Below are positions 32,333 through 44,831 of a DNA stretch of 64,000 nt, piece after piece. Under the pieces are notes generated by a model. The model was not told where the DNA came from. It did not search any database and was given only the letters and a program-made list of their open reading frames with translations. The translations under genes were made by a program, and so were the position numbers. The stretch is from Botryllus schlosseri (lineage: Eukaryota). Where the stretch lies: NCBI GenBank assembly GCA_051294905.1, contig CM119372.1:25546001-25610000 (forward strand), in the 5' to 3' direction. The first letter of the stretch is position 1, and each line of letters opens with the position of its first letter.

Positions 32333-34297
32333 ACACCATTACACCACACGAGGAAAGTTGAGAACCCCTGGTCTACAAGATTCATTTTCTATATCTTTTC
32401 AGTGTATCACTCTTTCCACATAGGCTATTTTAAAATGATTAAAGTAAATCGCGAAGAAATCTAAAATATGGTAGCGAATGTGGAATATATCGTAGAAAAT
32501 AATATTGATGTTTTGTTTCACTTTCCTTATCTACAAGAAACTGACGCCGTTCCGGATATCCAATCCGGTGTTCGGATCCGAACCTACTGCATGTTGTTTT
32601 ATGAAGAAATCAATGGAGAACTAATGCCTCCACAGAATGTAGATCTCTAATGCTTCTATGTAGAGTTTCTATTAACACACAAATGATTCAGATATAGAAC
32701 TATAATGTCGACATCATACTTCATATCCATGGGACTATTTACTGTAAGCGTACAAGTATGACACGTGATCGAACGTAAAACGCATCTCTCTGAGTTCTGC
32801 AATTCAAGATTTCGATTCCCGTTTCAGTCTGGGTTGGGTAAATGTAGTTTTGGGCTTTCATCGAGGCTGGGGTGTGTCTGTCAGTAATATGAGGTTGTTC
32901 TACGTATTACATGCATGGCTGTACCATTTTCCATCATGGGTTGGCGTTTTTTTTTTCGAATTAAGAGATTGAGTTGGCGTTGTTTATGGTATCACGGTGT
33001 TCACGACCGTGTATGTTCTTAGCGCGTCTTGGGCCTTGTTGAAACGAAAGTATAATTGCTAGCTGACACCTTCGTTTCAGCCGTACTATATTCATACTTG
33101 CTATCGTTTCTACATATTCTAATGAGAGGATCCATCATTTGGGTTCTTGGAAATGTGACGTCATATATGTAAACAAGTGTTCTAGGATTCGTAGGGCGTT
33201 GAACGGGACACGAAACACCCAAATAAATGCAATACCCTGTATTGAAATCGCCATTCGGGTGGATGTTAGTTGAGTATAGGTCTGTTCTGTACCTTGTTAT
33301 GTAATGACTGTTAATCGAACTTTTGACCAATAATATCCTATCATAGTCGCCTATTCACCTCACCGGTTGAAATTGAAACTAGGTTTGAATGACATAAGCT
33401 TGACCAATTAAATCTGAATGTAAAATATACCTGGTGTGTGGTGCTAACTGCTCTGAATTTATGTTCTTGAATCTGGAAATGATTCGGCACAAAAATGCTA
33501 CGATATTCCAAAATGCCAGACTTTGCTCAAATAGAATGTCATTTCATTGCCTTATGCACTGAAGAGTTATCCATACATTAGTAAAAAGCTGTTCAATGTG
33601 ATAGTCATGCCCGAGTTAGTCTGTACAGCTAACCTCTGTGAATTGCTATATTACTTCTGTGTCACTGGTCTTATTTTGCCTGTATCCGATTCATCATTGG
33701 TCACTAGTATTATCTGTTCTTAATACACTAAACAAATACTAACAGAAATTCTATCACAAATCTTGATTAAATCGCATGAACTCTGTAAAGGTCCTGCTTT
33801 GTTTTATATTTAATTGTAACAGTTAGCACCGTAACTCAAAGATGTTATGGTACCTACAGTTGGCTATATTGATCTTGTTGCTCCAGATTTAATTGTTCCG
33901 AACACATATTGGCCTAGTACACGAAATTAATGGCAATATATATGTATATGTAACTGACAGAAATTGAACTGATGTGATGAATATATGTAAAGCCGCAAAC
34001 TCATCTCGTGTTAATGAACTAGTGTAGTCTGCTTTTCTCTAAACACCCTTTTATATGCTACCATGCGTATTGTCTTCGTCTTTCATTGAACCCTTACCTC
34101 ACAATGATGACCGATCTATAGCTCCGCCCTGAGCGTCGTCGTATCAGTATTCTTTTGCATGATTGATAGGATGACGTATTGTGGTAAAGTGCATGATCGG
34201 ATTGGCGAATTTTCTACAAATTCTTTGATGATATCTCAATGAATTGTGTGAAATTTTCAGAATAACGTTCTTAATAAGAGTAAAATCTTTCGTTGAA

Positions 34298-34461
34298 ATG
34301 GTAGCATCTTCATGGCCAATAGGTACTACAAAGCCTCGTAGTAGTTTGCCTCGGTCAGCTGTTATGATGACACCAAAAGAACTCTGTGATTTTGATGATC
34401 ATGCCTCTTCGTTGATTCTCGACCCCTATTTGGGATTTCGTACGCACAAGATGAATGTGAA
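34298..34461 (+). CDS. KMT5B: SUV4-20 coding exon 1
   Basis: ATG at 34298; [11 protein letters not shown]...THKMNV; donor gtatg at 34462. Confidence 0.88.
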
Positions 34462-36514
34462 GTATGTATTGAAGATTGCATAGATCTGAGGTGCACGATA
34501 AAATGCCAACTTCATTGAAGGTTTCGGCCTGCCAATGGACGATCCCACGACCTTCTTCGGATCGTCACCCAGTTTCAACGAACTGTCGATTATGACTATG
34601 CAATTAGGTGTCTCACGAGTATGGATTCAATCCAATTGGCATTTCTTAATAAGAATATGCAACAGAAATTGGTGAGCAGAATATATGCCATAATTTCTGC
34701 TGTTGGATTTTACGAGCACTGTGTTACAGGCATTTGAAACCCACCTCATGAGATATCTGGCGATGTTTGACCCGGTGTGCGGATACAATATCAGAAAATG
34801 TACACGGTACTCCATGGAAGGAGTGGGCGCTAAAATTGTAGCCACTCAGGAGTGGCTGAAACATGATAAGGTTCCGCTTCTCATCGGCTGCATCGCGGAG
34901 TTGACAAAAGAAGAGGAGGGACAATTGTTACGTCCCGGTGAAAATGATTTCAGCGTCATGTTCTCTACTAGGAAAAATTGCGCTCAGCTCTGGCTAGGCC
35001 CGGCGTCCTTCATTAACCACGGTAAGAACTTTTGAGATATACCTACTGGTTTGTTTAGCAGAAATTTGGCCAACAAGACATGGAGCTTTTTGTTTTTTCA
35101 TGCATCCTTACTTTAATATGTCAGTCAGTACCCATAACATATTGTCCTGTGCCCAACATCTGTTTTTGGAATTGATTTGTTGAGCATGGTACGTCCATTG
35201 TTTAAAATGAAAATCTCAGTTGATAATCTCAAACTGAGCAACGGTAGTTCTGCCAAACACCTATATATGTGTTCAAATCAGACCATGGCATGCTATATGA
35301 TAACTATTATTGAATTCTCAGTCTGGTGATAAACAAAGTGTGTTGGGGCCTCCGCTCCGGGCCCCTAATACCAGACACCCCCCTTTATCATGCATATCTC
35401 ACTAGTCAGTTCGCAAGTCCTCATTTACGGACAAAAATGTGTAGGAAGATATTTGCGTATTTTGGTTATTATGATATGTTGCCTTGTTCTTTTTTGGGTG
35501 ATTTTTTACCCCTTTATATTCCAGATTGTCGACCTAATTGTTGCTTTGTGCCCACCGGCCGAGACACAGCGTGTGTGAAGGCTCTGCGGGACATTGCGTG
35601 CGGAGAAGAGCTGACCTGCTACTACGGCGATTCATTTTTTGGCGAAAAGAATTGCCTTTGCGAATGCGAGACCTGCGAAAGGTGACGTCACCCATATGAT
35701 TGGATCGGTCTTGTACCAAATATTTCTAGTCTTGTTATTGTTCAGGCGAAGAACCGGCGCTTTCAAGGAGCAAGATTCTGAGGGCAGCCCACGCAAGATT
35801 TTTTCCAGTAAATACGGTTTGAGAGAAACGGAGAAACGATTAAAAAGACTGAAACGGTCGAAAGACACGTCGCCCTCGACTTTGAGTAACTCTGATCCTT
35901 ATGAGAAAGGCGAGCACTCGCCGTTGAGCGATTACGAGTACATTCCATCGCCGAGCGAGTGCGGCAGTTACGACTCAGATTGCAATTCCAACAGCTCGTT
36001 TTTATCAACGACAAGCGCTTTTAGTGATAAGAACTCGAAAATGCCGCCGAAAGAGAGTAATAAATCTAAGAGAAGGAGGGAGCCTTCGCCCGAAGAGAGT
36101 TCCAAAGCGATAAGGAAGGGCATTTTTGAAATGGACTTTACGAAACGAAATACGGAGCGGAATTATGTGATCGGCAACGCTCCGAATTTTCTCGACGATA
36201 GCAAGCACGCGCCCGCCATGGTCACGCCCGCTATCGGGCAGGAATCGACAATGCCGCCGAGGCGAAAACGGAAATGCGCAGCGCCCGTTAAACTATCCTC
36301 GTATTCCGCGAGGCCCCGCGAGCAGGCAAACGATATCATGGTGAGGAAGTTGAATAACCCGATCGTGCCCGTGATCATGCCGTTGAAAATTAGCATCCGA
36401 CGGCCTTTGAACTGCAAGCACGCGCCGCCGTACGCCGAGATTATTAAAACTCCCTATGGCGTGTACGCGGAGGATCCGAGTCGTTCGCAAAGACGTCGGA
36501 GCCCGAGGTTTTGA
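34298..36514 (+). CDS. KMT5B: Histone-lysine N-methyltransferase SUV4-20 (KMT5B/KMT5C family, H4K20me2/3), 5 coding exons, ~510 aa
   Basis: Exons 34298-34461, 34521-34671, 34730-35021, 35525-35681 and 35746-36514 join in phase (1533 nt). Motifs: [96 protein letters not shown]. Confidence 0.95.
34521..34671 (+). CDS. KMT5B: SUV4-20 coding exon 2
   Basis: FRPANGR...CLTS...[10 protein letters not shown]; donor gtgag. Confidence 0.88.
34730..35021 (+). CDS. KMT5B: SUV4-20 coding exon 3 (SET domain)
   Basis: [13 protein letters not shown]...LGPASFINH; donor gtaag. Confidence 0.93.
35525..35681 (+). CDS. KMT5B: SUV4-20 coding exon 4 (SET C-terminus/post-SET)
   Basis: DCRPNC...CECETCE. Confidence 0.93.
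35746..36514 (+). CDS. KMT5B: SUV4-20 last coding exon
   Basis: RRTGAF...[11 protein letters not shown], then a Ser-rich/basic tail to TGA. Confidence 0.9.
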
Positions 36515-37495
36515 GGTCTGTCACTTTACAAAAGGGACTGCCATTTAAAATGAGTAATGTTACCCTCGTACGCCGTATTAACTCTGACCACTGTCTTATT
36601 CTTGCGACAAAGTTGTCAGGCGGCTTACATATTATGTCGGAATGGAATTAGTTATGAAAATGACATGTTTCTCGGTAAAAAATAGTAGGAAAATTTTTGA
36701 CGTTTAATCAGTGTGACCTTTCTGTGGTTGCTGAAATTAGTGAGATCATGTTATTGTCACTAGGGCTGGGCGTAACAAATCAGGATCTCGAGTTTTACTA
36801 AACATGATTTGTAGTTGGTAAGAATTGGCCTACATGGTGTGTTAGTGGTTGTGCAGCGACCGTGATAGTAGAATACACGACTCGAAAACGAATTTTGCTA
36901 GAATATGCAGGGTTACCATTGTCATGTATCAAAAACTAGGGACAGCCAAAGTCACTTAGTTAAATTGTAACTGCAAAGCTTGTGAACATGGTCAACCTAA
37001 CCATGGCCTTCGTGCATAAAATAAGATGGGACAAATATTAGAAATAACAGTATGGCAACTCGAGTATATCAGATACGTTTACCCGGAATTAGGCCTTGAT
37101 ATGGTTGAGGTCCCGGACATATATAGCTTTTTACTGTGCTGTCTGTTAGTGGTGGGGCACCATGAGATAGCTGTTGCACGTTCGTCTGCAAACATAGTGG
37201 TATTTATGAGTGTTTGTTTTTAGCAGTATTGCTGGCATTGGGAGTGGTTCGGGACAGGATGGTTGGTTAGGGAGGTTGAGGTTTTTATTATGCTGTCTCG
37301 TGTGGTAAGATGCCTTGAACTTCCGCAGGGGCTGGTGAAAAGAATCAATCTTTTTTAAAATTGAAGGTCGTTCACAAATGTTATTGCGCCAGATCGAATC
37401 AATTAAATGCTTTCACACACATCGAAATCAGAGGCAATCCCGTAGCGAAGGGTCCGTGGACATTGAGCAGAACATGCGAGACTTCGGTATGCGGC

Positions 37496-37661
37496 ATGAG
37501 CACGTGGGTTCAATTACGGGTTAGGGTTGGATTTAAGGTTTCGTACGGGTAAGGCATGGATTTAGGATAGATATAGGGGTTAATTGTAGGAGTATGTTTA
37601 GGGTTAGTTTGGGGTTATACAGTGACGCACGCTCAGCTGTCGTACTCCATTGCGTGCTCAT
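37496..37661. mobile_element. Small MITE with internal GGTTAG-like repeats
   Basis: ATGAGCACG...CGTGCTCAT inverted ends around degenerate TTAGGG hexamers. Confidence 0.55.
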
Positions 37662-38133
37662 TATCATATGTCGGGCAACCGTAGCTAACGTCCCATACTG
37701 AATTGACGTAGAACAGGGATGGACTGCCAGTTTCAATGGCTGGTCGTAATCAGAATTTGGAATATGAAGGTAATCCGCTAGCATGATGAGCGAAATGGCG
37801 ATGGTCAGATTATTGCCTAACGAATGTCTGTCGGCGACACCAGGACGAAGTTCTGGAGAGGTAAGTTAATTTACACAATGTGTAGTTATAGTTATAGTTG
37901 AGAGTTTAAAAAAATTAGTAGTTCTAGTTTCGGTTGTAGTTCTAGTTTGAAAATCCAGTAGTCTGTACAAGTCTGAACTACATGTCTGTTCTTACGCAGT
38001 AGAGAAAAGGCATTCAACAACAGCAGTCGTTTGCGGGCAGCATTAATGTTCACTTGTTCAGTGTACTGTATACTGTTGCAGTGCTAGTAACATACATGTG
38101 GCTTTATACAGACGATATTGTTGACATATAGCA

Positions 38134-39529
38134 GGGGAGACCGCGGGGACAAATGTAACTAGAGGCAAATGTAACAATCGACCTCACCGCTAGTAGGGTG
38201 GATAACTCACCTTGATATTTTGTGTGCGCATGTGGTAGTTATCTCTCCTAACATATCTGAAGTTACGTTGAGATACGACGCGACACTCCAAAATAATTTG
38301 AAAAAAACGAAATTTTGGACACTTGAGTAAATATTTTCTGATCTGGAATAATTTGTTCAAACGAATAATACCTCAAGTGGTTTCAACGTAATATATGTAG
38401 CTGGAACAATGTTACCACAGTCTACCTTGATGATAGAAAAACTAGGACTTGCATCGCCGGAAAGGTACCATACTGAGACACTAATCATGGTCGAGCGTGT
38501 CAGGGGCAAACGTAACGCTCTGTTACTTTTGCCCCGTTACAACATCTTTTCAATACTGAATAGTGAATATCTTTGTTCATATGTTGGTATAACCATTTAT
38601 CTACTGCAGATGAATCTTGAAACAGCCAGAAGTTCAATACCAGAACAGATAATACCTTGCCATACCAATTCTAACATGATTATCTGTCGGAATGGCCATA
38701 CAGCAGTGGTGATGTGAATCTTACGGTTCGGTTATTTCCGTGATTCTACCACCCTTCCTCATGTTGATCGACTTTTGGTGTGTCGACCTTCAATGGTCAC
38801 TTAAGAACTTGCCCATATGACTGAATCCTCATCCTCTGACTTTGAGCATGGCCCAATTACATTTTGTCATTTGTTGTGAACAATTTCCTACAGAACAGGA
38901 GAATGCCATTAGCTTTGACTCCACAAAATGTTGTGTCCTCGTTTTGCTACACTATCATCGGCGCATTCAACCAAAATATTTTAGCCAGGTCGGTTTCGCA
39001 CCTTCGCAGGTGACCCAATGCCTAACCCATTGTGCACGCTGAACAACAGCACCTTGGCAGAAGATGACTAATATGTGTTGGGAGATGATGGAATGAATGT
39101 GGTTCTTGTACACTTTGAGCTCATGAAGAAGGCACGAAGGGTGATATTGTATTTAAATGCCAAAATGCTATGGGGCGTAGCCTGGAAGCGTTCAAACTTC
39201 TATTTCTTTAGTTTGATGCAATAATACAAGATATTGTCCCGTTTTCGTTGTTCATTTTGTTTATTTTCAGTTATAAATAACACTGTTATACTTGCCCCGC
39301 ATGGGTGGTACAATTGCCCCTGGGTACGGGGCGATTGTAACATTTGAGCGGCGATTTTCGCGATTCGAAATTTCCATGATTGAGTGTTGATTGAGTTCCA
39401 TTTTAGTTTCTATATAAACTATCGAGTTGTTGGCTTCCTTATATAAAACTTTGGAAATGAAATTTCCACGAGAACAATACGTGATGTTGGAAAATCCAAA
39501 AAGTGTTACAATTGTCCCCGGCCTCCCCC
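38134..39529. mobile_element. TIR DNA transposon deletion derivative (possibly pogo/Tc1-like)
   Basis: TIRs GGGGAGACCG(C)GGGGACAAATGTAAC / GTTACAATTGTCCCCGGCCTCCCC, with internal repeats of the same motif near 38500 and 39290. Confidence 0.7.
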
Positions 39530-39977
39530 ACTTTATAGACCGCACCTCAAATCCGAGTTTTGTTAACATCTCGCGATCCACCCATACGTTCAGAACCTCT
39601 CCAATCTTGGCGAAAAGATTGTGTATTCAGACCCCAACTGGTGGAACACGAAAAGGGAATCTATCTCACCCCACATATATGTAAATCAGAGGTCTAAAAC
39701 TCAAATGTGCTCGCGGACCAATTTCCTCATTTTTGATGACGCCGCGGGCCGCAGCATCAATAATAGGGGTATTCAATGTATAATATCCAAGTAGGCCTTA
39801 TTTGACGGAACCTTGCAGACAGGCATTTCACAAACATCGTGAAAATGTAATTTACTAATATACTATTCACGCTTGACACAAAAAAAGATCATATTTTCAA
39901 ATATTTGAATAAAATAGTTTTTGTGCCGCGGGCATAATTCGTTAAAATAATGAGTTATAGACATCATGCGAGAGTAC

Positions 39978-42520
39978 CAAGGCTGTGGAGTCGGAGTCGG
40001 AGTCGGTGGAGTCGGAGTCGGAGTCGGGGTAATTTTCGCTTGATGGAGTCGGAGTCGGAGTCGTGAAAACTATTGTAAGATCCGTCCCAGCAGGGTGCCA
40101 GTAATCTTCCCTCATTTCCCACGACCCTAATCTCTTATTGATAAAGTAGTCTGCGAAGCACAAGCCACGTGCTTTGAGAGAATGCCAGTGTAGCGCCGTA
40201 GCGCGCGTGTTCGCGAGTCAGTCGCAGAGTCGTACACATACAATTAGATACATCTAACTTTGTTCTTTCTATATTCGTTAATATGTTGCAGTATGATGTG
40301 AACCTGGTAAATCTACAAGTTTCTGACCACTAATTACTACTATTTGGCTGTTCTTTGCTAGTAAAGAAAGCTCCTTGGATCTGCGTGTGTGATCAGGATT
40401 GCAAGAGTATACTCAGAGCTGTCATTAGTCAGTGACTAGTGCGTACAACAGGAACTGTAAGCTGTAGCGTCGACTCCAATCAAGCACTATACCAGCGTGT
40501 CTTGCAACAAGCCGTTGCAGCGACCGCTACAACTATCATAGCTGGAGTCGGAGTCGGAGTCGGTGGGAAAATACTGACTGGAGTCGGAGTCGGAGTTTGT
40601 GAGAATGACTGTGACTTCGACTCCGACTCCGACTCCAACTTCTCTATCATGAAAACATTTGCTTTCAAAGAATTTCCAATAGAATTTTTATGTACCACCA
40701 ATCACTGTTATTATTAAACATATAGATCAGGTGCGGCCATCCCGTGGCACGCGGGCCAAATTTGGCACACGAGAAGGTTGGATGTGGCCTGCGAGGTAAT
40801 TCTCGAAATTATTTATGACATCAGGTACAATTGCAAGGCCAACCAAAATTTGATTAGCATGACCGCGAATTTTGATGATGACTAAAACAACAGTTCTGAC
40901 GCATTGACGTGTCCAGGGGCCAGCCACATTTATCCCAGATCTTCGTATATGACCATGAAGTAGAATATTTCATAGCTGATTAATTTGACTTGAAATTTTT
41001 CTCGGTACTTCGTATGATTCGTTGTCACTAGATTTCTTGCATTCAGTATTTGAGCCCCCTTCTGAAAATTATAAATACATATTATTCACAGAATTGAGTC
41101 TAACTATATGCGAAATTAGGAGATACGGCTTCGCTTGTGCACTCGCAGCGAGATCGTCGACAAAACATTTGCACAAAATGATAGAGGCATGTTCACTGAT
41201 ACCGTCGATTTTGCTATGTCTAAACGTTGAATAATCCTGTCCTTGCCAAATGAGCCCAATGGTATATAGATGCGACCCCCAATGTATGTTAGCGACATAT
41301 TTATTGATATAGCTATAACCTAATTATGTCGTTATCTTGCAAAAAAATTTCGCGCTTCGCGCGACCAGGGCATGATTGCGCACTGCACAGTTGCATGACA
41401 TATTGTTATCAATATTAGAGCGTAATAATATAAGTCTTGTTTGGCATGTTACCTAATTCGGTTCGCTCCTATCGACGACTAAAAAAAGGTTATCAACATT
41501 CCAGTTGCCCGCGCAATGGCTCGTAAATCTCAGGTGTCCCTTTCGCCGAAAAAGTTGCCCACCCCTGATATAGATAAAATTAGACATTACTTGCAAATTA
41601 CAACTCAGTTGCAGAGGGGAAGAAAATCGCAAGATGCGTTTTCGCGATGCAGTCAAAATTGATGCAATTTTTGGAATTGTACCATGATACTGTGACAGAG
41701 AAAATGCATCGGCTGGTTTTGTCAAATTGTAAAAATGATGTGAATATCACCAAACGATGCTTCCCACTTGAAAAAATTAAAAATATTTGTAGTGTAACTT
41801 AGCTGTTTGGGTCGAACAATGATTAAGAAAGACTGCAAGTCCCAATCCTTAATACTTGATTAAGTATAAACATGTAGACTAGACATTGGCTATGGTCTTT
41901 GACTACTTAACTAAATTCCATTTATGACCAATGTCTATTATTAGTAGTAAGTGTGTTTTTGCTTGTAATCAGGATAAGGTGCGATGACAAAATTAGTAAG
42001 TTCAATTTCTTTATTAGTTGCTGAGTCATACACAAGAGCTACACTTGCATTTTTTTATCTACATTTTTATTATACAGGATTGGATATCTGCCATATTTGA
42101 ATGATTCATACATTTCAGGATATTAGAGAGGCCATGTTGTAAAAACTTAAATAAGGGAGGATATTTAGCAAATCTTTATTTCATGTTAATTGCATAGTGG
42201 ATAATTCGAGCTGTGCCACAATGAAATAATTTAGCATGCCACAGTTAATCATATGTTCGCATATGTTTAATGGTTTTATGATAGTCATTCAACCGAAAAT
42301 GTGGCATATAATTTTCGAAGTAAATTGGTAATAATGCTGGAGTCGGAGTCGGGAGTCGGAGACGGAGTCGGTACGTTTAAAGACCCAGGAGTCGGAGTCG
42401 GAGTCGGAGTCGGTACATTTAAAGACTCAGGAGTCGGAGTCGGAATCGGTATATTGAAAATGTGTGGAGTCGGAGTCGGAGCCGGAGTCGGTGGTAAAAT
42501 TTACCGACTCCACAGCCCTG
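39978..42520 (+). mobile_element. GGAGTC-repeat hAT-type non-autonomous element, copy 1
   Basis: TIRs CA(A/G)GGCTGTGGAGTCGG / CCGACTCCACAGCCCTG; perfect 8-bp TSD GAGAGTAC; (GGAGTC)n arrays. Confidence 0.92.
40074..40531. mobile_element. Solo LTR
   Basis: TGTA...TACA ends; 5-bp TSD ACTAT; absent from the paralogous element (single ACTAT near 51992). Confidence 0.8.
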
Positions 42521-43876
42521 GAGAGTACGCATGATGACATCGTAAAAGCGGTCGGGTTATAATATTGAAGGTAGTGGACCTTTGACGTGCCACAATTTTA
42601 TGTGGAATATTTTAGAATTTACTAAAGATTGATCTGATATCAGAGCATGTGAGCGGTGTAGCCTAATCGGGGTTTCGGATATAGTCGTGATAAGTAAGCT
42701 ATTGTTATTGTCATTGCCAAAGTCAAATTAAACCAGCGTTAGATTTTCTTCGATTAATATTGGAACAGATCAATAACAACTCAAATAGTAATAGCATCGT
42801 TTTTCAACCGTTTTAGCGATCGTACCCCTTGTGATTTCAATAAGATTGCCCGTGTCCCCTGTCCATTTTCAGCACAATTTCTGATGGTAAGTATATAAAA
42901 ATTAGAAAGCCCGTTAACATAAAATCGCGCGTAGCGCGAAGATTATTTTTTCAGTTGAATAAATTAGCCCAGAAAATATTTCACAGTATATAGGCCTATT
43001 TCCACAATGCATCTCGTTCCCCCTGATGTGGTGCTTCGTACCTCGAAGGGGCTACGGACCCTTGGTTAAGAAACCCCTGGAATAGAAATGACCAGTCGCC
43101 GAAGAATCCACTGGTGTAACAGCTGTGGAACGTATCACTGTCTTAATCGCACCCGATAATAACATGAATAAAGAGAACAAACTACACCCAGGATGTAACA
43201 AATTGTACGTCACAGGGGCCACAAAATGCCAATGGTTTCCATATATACCTGGTTAGATACCATACACAACGCAAGCTACGGGGTTTTGATATATTACTAT
43301 TTCCCACGACAGTTTCATAGATTGTTGCGTCCGTATGATTACCAAGTCACTACTCCGAGACGCAAGTCTTTCTCTGATTTTAATGTTTGGCCCGGCTGAA
43401 CTCGAGTCATTTTCAGTTTATCACCCAATCAATCCAAAATCGAGTAATTTGACGAAACGTCGCACCAAACGGAATAACAATTATCAGTCACGAATCATCA
43501 ACGGGTCATGTTTTATTATCATGAACCTGAAATGTGACGTAATAGCGATCTCACACCTCGTGGTACATTTTAGAAGTGATGTGATGGTAAGGTTTGTTTA
43601 GATTTCAGGTTTTTGCAGTAGTTTTAGAGTGAACTTTAAGTTCTTAAATCTAAAAATAATATATGACACTTGAAAATATTGTTGAATACTTCAGATTCCA
43701 AAATGCCTTCGCGGGCCGCACAAAATGTTCTCGGGGGCCGCATGCGGCCCGCGGGCCGCGTGTTTGAGACCTCTGATGTAAATGGTCAGAATTCACCTCA
43801 TTCTGTGAGGTGTAAATCGAATACTTCACCTCACGCATATGAATTGATGGTGGTGTGGATACTTTACACCTCACTG

Positions 43877-44277
43877 CAGAAATGAGCGGATTAGATATTT
43901 CTATGTCCTAATCCAATCCAAATCCGAAGCTTCAAATTCAAATCCTAATCCTAATCTGGTTCAAACTTGGAATTCCAGTTTGAATTCCACTTGGAAAGTT
44001 ATAGCCCACATCTTATGACAATAAAATTCTGTAAAAAGAAATATAACGCTCAATAGGGGCCAAAGTATATGAAGTAATAAATTTGCAAACTTTGTAAAAT
44101 CGAGGTAGGACGAGAAACTTTGTCGTCATTCGCCACAGGACACCAATCTCCCCGAAAATCGGTAAATCCAATCCTACTTCACTGAAAAAAATCTCAAATC
44201 CTAATCCAATCCAAATCCGCGAAAATTTCACAAATCCGGGTTTCCTAAATCCTAATTCTAATTCATGCTCATCTCTG
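43877..44277. mobile_element. AATCC-repeat MITE
   Basis: CAGAAATGAGC...GCTCATCTCTG ends; CCAATCCAAATCC arrays. Confidence 0.7.
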
Positions 44278-44333
44278 CCTCGCCACAATTCCTGTACTCC
44301 TTCCAAACGACCTACTCTTGCCAGTCCACCTAC

Positions 44334-44831
44334 CAGGGTTGTAATGACTCGAGTCGCGATTTTTTGGTTACTCGACTTGACTCGAGTCCATTTTTGTATT
44401 GACTTGGCTTGTATTCGAGTCATTGTGCAGGACTCGAGACTAGGACGACCGAGACTGACATTTCATTGCAACTTCGAAGAATAGTAAAGTTACCCATTAT
44501 TGGTCTATTAGTCCTGATACTTGGACAATAGGGCTAAAAGCTGTCAAGACAGAGGAAAAATACTACATTATGAATGTGAGCCATTCTATATCACTCGAGC
44601 AGAGTTGGAAAAAGTGGATTGAACCGGATTGAACTGATAACTGAACAGTGAACATAATGACTTGGACTCGGACTCGAGTCGAAACACTAGGACTCGGACT
44701 CAACACTCTCCGACTTGGACTCGGACTTGACTGGGTGGTGAATTAAATGTAACTCGACTTGACTCGAGTCAAAACGATGAAAAAGAAATTGAATTGTGAC
44801 TCGGAACCTTGTGACCTGGTTTACAACCCTG
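44334..44831 (+). mobile_element. CAGGGTTGTAA-family MITE
   Basis: TIRs CAGGGTTGTAA / TTACAACCCTG; GACTCGAGTC arrays; paralog at 57568-58163. Confidence 0.8.

Larger units (their letters stand above)
26950..32370. mobile_element. hAT (Charlie/Buster-like) deletion derivative hosting several nested insertions
   Basis: TIRs CAGGGGTTCTCAAC / GTTGAGAACCCCTG; perfect 8-bp TSD GTCTACAA at 26942-26949 and 32371-32378; GCGGCCCG subterminal motifs; relic GNPTCHICRRTVVVTK near 28320. Confidence 0.85.

Noticed and set aside
42301..42534. GVGVGV/ESES repeat proteins (also 40439-40717 and 53648-53911)
   Set aside because: Translations of (GGAGTC)n subterminal arrays.
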